Positions 1 to 10,300 of a stretch of 55,026 bases of DNA are shown here, piece after piece. Source of the stretch: a virus (Duplodnaviria > Caudoviricetes); the IMG/VR virus record IMGVR_UViG_3300012665_000831, positions 1-55,026 of that record; one strand, 5' to 3'. Each line of letters begins with the position of its first letter. Positions within the stretch are counted from its first letter, which is position 1. A program made the position numbers and the translations under genes. A model generated the notes under the pieces. It was not told the DNA's origin and ran no database searches. It was given only the letters and a program-made list of their open reading frames with translations.

Positions 1-1300
1 ATCCCGCATTGATATTACTACTCTTAAGAGGGGGTAAACTATAACCGTTAGGCATGAATAATCTGCCATCTTGTCCAAACGTCCAATTACCGTTAACAGT
101 TTGAATGGATACGCTGCCGTGTTGGCTAGCTGTGTTGCCGTTACCAGCAATAATATCTACATTACCGCCATAGCCTTTATCAGCCTCAATACTATCAGTA
201 GCACTACCTGCCTGAATGTTTACATTACCACCATAAACGTTAGTTGAACTGCCAACGCTCATTTGAGCATCACCTGCTCGTAACTCTACGAAGCCGCCGC
301 CCCTGCCTGCTTGACCAGTGCCACCGCGAATATAAACGTAACCGCCTTCGCCACCTTTTGCGCCAGTTCCTAAGTCGTCGCTGGTCTCGCCGCCCTGGCC
401 ACCATGAATTTCGATATTACTGCCGTAGCCGCCGTTGCCTGTGGTACTCCAAGTACCGTAGCCACGTTGTCCTCGAATCTCAATATTGTAATTGCCACGA
501 CTGTCGCTGTTATATTCTTGTTGAGTGATAACAACGTTACTAGTTCTTTCGCCTAATGCTAGTGTAGGACCAGTTGAGGTGTTACCAGTTCCGTTTGCTA
601 CGGCCAGTGATGGTAATCCGATAGTACCATCTGGTTTAAATAGCCATGTACCTCCGTTGGTGCCAAGCTGAATTTCGCCGTGTAGACTGTTGCCACTGCC
701 ACCTGCTGTTATGCGAACATCACCGGCAGAACCGTTTGTACTATAGCCACCTTGAATGTCCACATTTCCGCCTTCGGTATAACCATCACCGCCTTGAATG
801 TTTACATAGCCGCCATATCCTTCTGTGTTGCTGTCAGCATCACCTGCGTAGATTTTAATGTCACCGCCGTCTATATCGCTATCACCACCCCAAACATAAA
901 TGTCACCGCCTTCGCCCGATCCATTAGCACGTTGTCCTTGGATAATCAAGCGTTGTGCGTTACCGTTTAGTGCTGGCGCTGGTCCTGTGATAACTGACTG
1001 GAATGTGCTATCATCAAACTGTAATATCTGTGCGTTTTGTACTCCGCCATTGTGTAGGTCAACAGTTCCGTATGTGAATGAACCTCCACCACCGCCCGAA
1101 ACAGTTGCCCAACTCAGCTCACTGCCGTTGGTAGTAAGATACTTTCCAACGTTTCCTGATTGTGCAGGGATTTGAATATCTAACGATGCTGTAGTATACA
1201 GCTCGGTAAAGTTTTGATTTATCTTATCAAATGCTGTGCGTAGCGGATCACCGCTACGGTCATTTGCTTGACTACCAATGTTGATTATTTGCTTTGTCAT
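1..1300 (-). CDS. Virion/tail-fibre-like protein with T4 gp9/gp10-type N-terminus (3' end runs off window; absent from ORF track)
   Basis: ATG at 1300 overlaps the upstream TAA (TAATG). Hand translation MTKQIINIGSQANDRSGDPLRTAFDKINQNFTELY... stays open to base 1, with many GGxVxIxGG repeats. Confidence 0.85.
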   Translation of the reverse strand, partial: MTKQIINIGSQANDRSGDPLRTAFDKINQNFTELYTTASLDIQIPAQSGNVGKYLTTNGSELSWATVSGGGGGSFTYGTVDLHNGGVQNAQILQFDDSTFQSVITGPAPALNGNAQRLIIQGQRANGSGEGGDIYVWGGDSDIDGGDIKIYAGDADSNTEGYGGYVNIQGGDGYTEGGNVDIQGGYSTNGSAGDVRITAGGSGNSLHGEIQLGTNGGTWLFKPDGTIGLPSLAVANGTGNTSTGPTLALGERTSNVVITQQEYNSDSRGNYNIEIRGQRGYGTWSTTGNGGYGSNIEIHGGQGGETSDDLGTGAKGGEGGYVYIRGGTGQAGRGGGFVELRAGDAQMSVGSSTNVYGGNVNIQAGSATDSIEADKGYGGNVDIIAGNGNTASQHGSVSIQTVNGNWTFGQDGRLFMPNGYSLPPLKSSNINAG

Positions 1301-4300
1301 TATACTTTTCCTATAGCTACTTCGATGACGGAGATTTCTCCAGTGTCTTTATCTTCTAATGCTTTGCCTATAATACTGCCCAACTTTGGATCGTGCGCTC
1401 TCACAGCAACGCCTGGAGTACCAGATGTTGTAAGCATATCGCCTTTCTTGATTCTACCAAGTACTTTACATGGAACACGACCTGCTAGTGCAATTAGTGC
1501 TCTTGGACCTTGTAGTTGATCGTTCATAATGTAAGCAGGGTTTGTACTGATTACACCAGCTAGTCTAGTATCACCAATAGTTGTTGTGGTAGTAACTTCA
1601 GCATCACCACCGAACACTAATACAGTTCCAACTTCATACTCTTTATCAGCTGAATAGTATTCAGCTAAGTCAGCACCGTATGTAGCAGCCAAGCTACCAT
1701 TGATACCCCAGTTACCTACAATGTTACCAGCAGTGCCTGCACTACCAGCATTCAATGTTGTTGAATATAGTGTACCAGTTCTAGCATCAATACTACCTGT
1801 ACCTAATGTAATGCTACTGGTTGTTGCTAAACTCCATGCACCTGTAATAGTACCTGTAGTTGCCGCAGTGCCTGCAGTCAATGTATAACTCTTTAGTGTA
1901 CCAGCAGTTGCATCTAGTTGACTTGATGCACCTAATGCCCAGTTACCTACAACTGTACCAGCAGTACTTGCCGCACCAGTAGTTAGTGTTGTTGACTTCA
2001 ATATGCCCAAGCTAAAGTCAACTTGGCTTGATGATTGAACAGCATACTGACCAGTAATAGTACCAGCAGTTGCGGCAGAACCTGTAGTGATAGTTGTAGC
2101 TTTTAATGTGCCACCGCTAATATCCCATGTACCAAATCCGCTTGCTACCGCAGTTCCTGAACTTGAACCAATTGCGCTCAAGTACTTAAAGCCAGCTGGT
2201 GTAAAGAAATCAACAGCATTTGATCCAGTATCAATGATCTTATAGCCGTCAACTTTAAGTTGCTTGGTATCTATCTCACCAGCTGTACCATATTTGACTA
2301 ATGTTGAATTAGTACCGTCTGTTGATATTGCTAGAATGCTTGCACTGCCGTTAGTACCACCATACGTCATTGCACCAACACCGGATGTGAACTTTAAGTT
2401 AAAGCCAGCATCTAATAGTGTCTGCGCACTTTCCTCACGTGGGTATGTTGCGCTACCTGTAAAGTTAGCAAGGATACTGCCGTTACCAATATTGGCCATT
2501 TCAGTTCTTGCAACACCGCCATCTTTGATGCCAACCCATCCGTCTGTGATGTTAAAGTTAGCACTATCAAAACTTGCCAAGCCGCTTGCTGCCTGCTTCT
2601 GTGCCGCAGTGCCTGTTGGGGCACTTGCACTAACATCAGCTAGTGTCATTGACAACTTACTTTGCACAATAGCAGCCGCTGCATTTACGTCAGCGTTGAC
2701 AATAACACCTGGGTTGATCTGGAAGTTGACCTGCGCATTTAACAAGTCAACTACTGAAGTTCCAGTGGTATGTGTTGCAGCCGTGTTACCGGTTGAAATA
2801 CCAAACTTTGTATCAGTTGTAGTTGATAGTCGTTGAACACCGTCTAGTCTGTTAGCGCCATAGTTTGTTGAACTGTAGAAGAATATTTCATTACCAACTT
2901 TAACATAACCTGGGCCTGCGCCAAACGAGCTAGCATTTGCAACAGTAATGGTTGTTACTGCGCCTGCTAACAAACTAGTAATAGCAACAGCAAGTGTTGT
3001 TGGTACTGCGTTAGTTAAGGTAGCACTCATGTCTCCTGCAGGAGTGGCACTTATCATAGCTTTACTACCGCCAGCAAAGGCAGCAATGTCACCTGATACC
3101 GGAGTAAACACTTCTACGTCTAATAATTCAGTTAACTGATCGTACAGTTTAATTTGTGCATCAACATAGGTCTTAGACACAGCATCGTTGATATCAGTAG
3201 GTGGAGCTAAGTTGATCAACTTGAAGTTGTTGGCATTAATGTTGCCCTTCATGGCCAATGCACCGTTCAATGCTAGGTAACCAGGACCTACTAGGTTACT
3301 TGCAGAGATCGGACCACCACCGTGGTCAAGACCTAAACGCTTGTCAATGTATCCACGTGTAGCTGATTGCACAGGAACAGCGTCTGGAGCATTGTTAGTA
3401 AAGCTAGCATCTGTTGAGAATTCACTTACAACAACACCACGTTTGAAACCAATACCGTCCAAGTTACTCAACGCAATTGACGCTGAGAATGTAACTGTAC
3501 CAGTACCTTGGTCAACTGTAAAGAATCGACCTACACGGAAGATACCGTTTTGGTCAGTTGTTACATAGAACACACGACCTACGCCTTCTTCGTATGTTTC
3601 GTTTTCTGGCTTACGTGTAATCGCAGGGTTACCATAAATTTGATATGGATAGTTAGTAGTTGAGTAACCACCAGTACCGATATCTAAGAAGTCATGTCCA
3701 GTTGCACGGCAAGTACTAATACGTGTTGTAACCTGTCCTTGTGTTCCTGCCGCATAACCTAAACGAATAGTAGTTGCGTCAATGTTATTAAATGGTTTAC
3801 CAATACCGCTAGCTACGTTAGTTGCACTAGTAACTTCTTTAGTAATAGTTGTAGTAGTAGCACTAGACCATGTACCCGGATCATATGGATATGTTAGTGT
3901 AATACTAGTTGTTGAGCTAGCAGTACATAGATATAATCCGTTATAGATAGGGTTTGTGTTACCAACAATTTGATAATACTTTCCAGTAGCAGGAGCAGTT
4001 GTAGCTCCAAAGTTTAGCACAACTGAATATGTTGTGCCACTACCTGCAGTCTTACTTCCAAATCCAGTAGCAGTAATTGGAGTACCAAAGTTAAAGCTGT
4101 TAGCAAGGAAAGTCATTGCACCACTTGCAGTAGTCAAAGCAAAGAATGTTCCTGCAATGGCATTAGCATAACTTGTTGCAACTTTAATTTTGCCAGCACT
4201 TGCATATGCAATGTAGTAAGTTGTACCTGTGACAAGATTACCAAAGCCCACTCCGGTAAACACAATAGTGTTACCTACATACAAGTTACTAATAGTACTC

Positions 4301-7300
4301 ATAGTAATCAAGTTAGTAGTAACTTCAGTTGCTGAAATAGTTCCGCTAGTGTTAGGATCAGTCTTGTAGGCCAGCGTCATTGTTGATGTGTTTACACCAG
4401 CAGTAGCAGTAACGTTAGTACTAGAAGCCGCTGTAAGAACCGGCACTAAAATTGCGTTGTTATCGCCTGCAACTTCAACTTGTAAATCGGGCAAACTAGT
4501 ATAGTTGTAACCTGGATTTACTACCGTAACAGTATCAATACTTCCGCCACTGATCGTACAAGTAACCAGCGCATCAATAGTTGCGCCACCGCCGCTAATT
4601 GTAATAACAGGAGGAGTTAAGTATCCACTACCACCGTTTACAATAGTAACACTACCTAGTGTTGCAACTTTAGTTGCAGTTACACTAGTGCCAGCTGGCA
4701 AGTAAATTGCCGGACTTACTTTGAATTGAGTTAGACTTACAATTTCAGTTAAGTTAACGTTACCTGTAATAGTCGCACCGGTAACAATCATACCTACATC
4801 AAGTGATGCAGTACTTGATACAGTTACTAATGTCTCAGATACAATAGCAGTAACTTGTTTTGGACCATTATACAAAGTATTGGCATTGTCAGCTACGTTT
4901 ACATAACTATCAACTGATTGCTGAGTTAACTGCCAAGGTGTGTCAAATGTTATTAACTTAGTAGTAGCTATAGAACTATCAGCAATTGATCTAAAAGTCA
5001 TGCCTGGAATAATAGTTCCGACACCACCGATGTTATATAACGGTGTGTCTTCAATAGTTAAGTACGGAGGACGATTACTAATGAAGCTTAAATTTGCACC
5101 AGGGGTACTATCCGGAGCACCACTTAGTACTAGTGTAGTACTGTTAGTAATACTAGCAATGGTTTGTCCACTGACAAATCCGTTTCCACTAACTTCCATG
5201 CCGGCGTGCATGCCTGTGGTATCACTTACTTTTAAAGTTGTACCGGAACTTCCAACTGGGTTATATGTGGCAAATACAGTATCCGGTGTCGGAGTATAAC
5301 TGTTAACATTATGTATTCTACCATTCCAACCTGTAATATATGTACCTTTGTTTATCTGGTCAATAATGGTTTGCTTACTGAATGCTAGAATAGCAATTCG
5401 AGTATCACCCACATTCAGACCCATAGTCTTTGAAGGCTCAATTGGATCAGTCTGACTAATCTTTGCCGGGTCAATAACTGGCTTGTAGTAGCTAAATGAT
5501 GTGTCTGTTGAAAGAACGGCTTGGTTAGCTGGTAATAGTTCGCCTGTACCTTCTGTTAGGTTATATGTAATAACACGATAGATACTAGCCAAGTTATCAC
5601 TATACTGTAACGCAGTTGAAGGACGAGTTGGGTTTACGTTGGCAATGCCTAAATACTTGTTATTCTGTAATGTTCGAATAGTAACTAACTGTCCATTATA
5701 CAATGCTGTAACCAAACCAACTGAAGACGTACCGTTGTTACCAGCAGTAGACAAGTTTAGTTTTAGAATGTTTACACCGTTGACAGTAACAGCAGTTCTT
5801 TCAACAGCGTTTACTTCGTAACGTGTAATACCCGAACCTGCTAGAGTATGATCAATTTCAAGTTCTGAAATATTCTGAGGACCATAATCGTAGTCAGTAA
5901 TATAAACAGCCAACGACTGTTTAGCAACAGTAGGTGTCATTTCGTTTGCAAACAAACCTTGTTTGTAGACTCGAGCTACCTGAATCATGTTGTCTGCTAG
6001 GTTTACCTCGTCTGGTAATTCAGTTACGTCATAACCTGTAGCACGTAGACCGTATGTTCCGTGTGAGTTAGAACCTGCAACAGAACGAATCTGTCCACCG
6101 TTACTTGCCCAATAGTGAGTATGACAGTAGTATGAGAACGTTGAAACTTGTTCAGTTACACCACCGTTGTTAGCAACAATACCATAACCTAAGTCGTTAA
6201 TCATGGCAAAGTCGTTAGCCAACATGGACTTGTTACCGCCCATCTCAATATTAATAGTTGTTCCAAGACCTTCGCTTAGGTACACAATGATACCGGCCGC
6301 AATGCTTGCCTTGGCACCTAAAATAGTTGTACGAGCACCTGTTAGTAATGAACTTACTCCTGTAAAGTTGCTTGGTGGAGTATAAGGTGTAGTTGTGGTA
6401 CCGCCTAAGAGAATATCATTTAAGATATCAACTAATGCGCCAACTGCTGTAGCAACAGTTGAATTACTTGCTGGTAAATTAGTAACTTGTGTAAATGTAT
6501 TTCCAACTGATTCAGTAACATCTGTGTTAACGACAATCTGCTGTAGCACAGTCTTCATTCTGTTATAGGCAGCAATGGTCACTGTTTCTTCACCGGCAAT
6601 GTAACTTGTTGTTCCTCTAAAGTACGCAAGACCTGCATCCTGTGTCATTGAGTTCCCACCGTACATTAAATCATAAATGAGTGCATCAACTACATAGCCA
6701 ACATCTCTATAACATATTGATACGCTGTAATTTGGAATTTGTGCAACATTATAGTTTGCACCAATCCAAGATACAATTTCTTTTTGTATATAAGAACGAT
6801 TGGCTGCTAATATGTCTCTAGCATTAGTATACGGCGATGTTTGCCATGTTAGTGCTGGATATGAAGAAACTGGCACACTAGCTTCACCGTTGGCAAAAAT
6901 GTCAACAATAATTGACATTCTGTCCTCTATGATTGCCTGTGCAGTAGCATTACCCGGGATGGTAGCTAACACTTGATTCTTGGCTTCATTGATTGCTTGA
7001 ATTGTTTTGTTTAACTGAACATTTCCTCTAACTAGGCTGGAGTAAGCACGAAGATATGATCTACCAGCATTTATAGATTGGAAGTTTGAACCAGTTACTA
7101 AATCGTACATTACTGAGTCAATGATTAAACCAACGTCACGTTCGCATTTTACTTTATCATAAACAAAGCCACCGTTCCATGGAGTGGCAGTATCCATTGT
7201 CATTACAACAGTTCTTGTACTAGCATTGTAGCTTACAATGTCGTTAATCTGATAACGTGTACCGGAGATAAAGAACGCACATGGAGGTTGTGGAGCACGT

Positions 7301-10300
7301 ACATCAAGACCAGAGTTTACTTCACCGGTAATAGTTAAAGTGCCGCCGTTGTTAGCAACTGCGGTAATAGTTCCTTTTAGTCGTCCAGCAAACCCGTCAA
7401 TATACTGACCACCGGCAAAACGCTTGCGGTTAATTGATTGTGAGAAGCTCGAGCAAACTTGTCCGTATGGTGACTTGGTTAAAATTTGACCTTCTGGGTC
7501 AAGTACCATGGCAAAACCGCCATGTCCTTGGAATGACATATTGCTTATACGTACAGCATCGTTACACAAGAATATGTCCATCTCTTTGTTATTCTTTGGT
7601 AGCGAATCAATATCTAATGGATCGACTAGATAGTGTCGACCGTAATTAATAGTACTATATAAATTCCAATCACCTGACTGACGCAGACCCGATATATCAA
7701 AAGGATATATCACACTACAGTTCATGAAGTTACCTGATACGCTGTCAACTACAGCCTTACCAGGAAGCGGGTTAGTACCTGGGATAACAAGTACCTTACC
7801 AATCCATGATGAAGGCGCTTGGCCAGTACCAAGAGTTGCAACCATCACACCAGATGTTGCACTAATATTTAAAGTAGTGTTAGTTGCATAATCAGTAGCT
7901 GTATCAATTGGTCCTAACTCCATCGCATCAATAATAGCATCACGATAGAACAATACTTTACGCCATGGTGATTGACTGATACGATCCTTTGGACGAACAA
8001 TTGTTCTACGGAATTCATCGCCTTTGATAGAACAGTTAGTTGGAAGTTTGATTGGATAATCTTCGTAGTAAATACCTGCTTCTACGAAAATAACAATTTG
8101 CAAATCTTTAACGCTTTCACCGAACTCTAATAGTTCTCCTACTTGGTAGTAACCAGGTTTAGTCAAACGTGCAGTAATAGAATCGCTTGTGTTTGATAAT
8201 CCTGGATTGTATGTAACAATGTTAGCATATGCAGAACTTGAAACACCAACTAGTACTTTAGCTGGTAAGATGTCGTTGTTTGCAGGGTTACCTTGGTCAA
8301 CATAGCCGTTACCGCCGTTGGTAAATCTAATAGTCCATAAGCCTGAACCAAACGTTGCAGTAGGAGCTGCTCCAAAACCGTTAACAATAATACCAATCAA
8401 CGTATTCATGTTGACAACAAAATCATCAATAGCCGGTTGACTTGGCGCACCTCTATTACCAATCATGCCATAATCGGCACTAGGTAATGTACCACTTATA
8501 TTAATAGTTTGTGTATATAATGTTTGGTAACGAGTTGCTGTAGTTTGATTTAAAACTTGTGTAGCAACTGCTTTAGCATAGTTAATACCATCGAGCGTTT
8601 CTTTGTATTGTGTTCCAATAGCAATTGACTTTGCACTAGTGTTTCTGTAGTAACTCTTACCTGCGTTGATACTTTGATAAGTGCCGCCGGTAACCAAGTC
8701 AATGGCCATTGCTTCAATGATATATCCTACATCTCGGAAACAAATTGCTTCGTCGTAATTGAATCCACCTTTGTATGTTACATCAAGATACTTGATAGTA
8801 TTATCTTGAATATTAGTTTTTTCTTCTAATACTGTAAGTCTAATGTCTTGTAAGCCTTGAGCGTATCCTGTTAGATCAGGATATACAGTGTCAACTGTTA
8901 ACGATTCTGTAGCAATTAGATCTTTAATGTTTGTAAACAATGTATTGATCTTACTGCTTGCTTCAGTGCCATCGGCAAAATTTAAATCAATTACTTGAGC
9001 TACTTGGAATGACGGAGACTGATATGATGTAGTAACTTCAACGTTGGCAATAATTTGCGCAATGATGTTTTGAATATAATTAATGGCTTCTACAGTCTGT
9101 GTAATTTGTCCGTTAACTTGGCTTAATGTGCCAACCCAATACTGCTCACCTGAAAACACACTAGCATAGTTTCCGCCATAGGTTACATCATATGCAATTG
9201 ATTCAATGATGTATTTTAAATCTCGTTGGCAAGTGGCTGCATTAAAGTTAAAGCCTGAGTAGTTAGTTTCTACCCATCCGATGATTTCAGCTTGTAGGAA
9301 TGGAATGTTAGCTAACATTAATTCTCTTGCGCTGTCATACCCTAAAGAAATATTTTCTGGATCGTTATAGATTATTTCTGGACGTGCGCTCAATCCTAAT
9401 TCTAACATGTCAATAATGATCTGGAAACAGCTATTGATCTTTACTAGCGCCGCAGAGTCAGTAATGATCGGATAGGTTTCATTTACATAGGTGATTGCCG
9501 CATTTCGTAATATAGTTCTATTTGCATTAGCTGTGCCTAAAATACCCGTTCTGGCTGCACGTAGAACACTTGAAGTACCGCCTGACGGACTAACATCAAT
9601 ATCTACAATAGTAGGTGGTGTATTCACACTTACTAGATTTTTTACAATAGTTGCTAGTTCTGAAATTCTTGTTCTAGTAGCAACCGCATCGGTACCAGAA
9701 CCACTGACTCTTGAATACGTTTGATTTCTATATTGTTTCTTAGTTGTTTGATATACAACTGTCGGAGTTTGATTTTGTATAATTGCCTGTGCTAGTTCGT
9801 TGATATAATCAACTGAATCTAATGTTGCTGACAATTCAGCATTGGCAATTTGTCTTGTAACGCCGTTCCAATACTGTTGTCCTGCATATACGCTGGCTAC
9901 GTTTACACCAGTAGTACCATTGCCATACAGCACGTCATAAATGATAGCAAAAACAATTAAACGTACATCTCGTTTACAAGTTTCTTGACTGTATTGTAAA
10001 CCTGGAAATTCTGTTTGTAAACGAGCAATAATTTCAGCTTGAATGAATTCTACGTTGTTGATCAACAACTCTCTAGTATCAGACCTAGCACCTTTAGTTA
10101 TGCCGGTAATACTAGGTAGTGTTGGAACAGGATCATCAGTGCCTTGAATAATAGAAATAATTAAATTGATATTATCAGACACAGATTTAACAGCCGCAGG
10201 CGCCGCTGTAACAGCCGCGATTGTTAAGATTGAACTCTTTAGATTAGTCAGTACACCAATCATCTGTTCAACGTCAATACCTGTATCGGCGCTTGAGTAT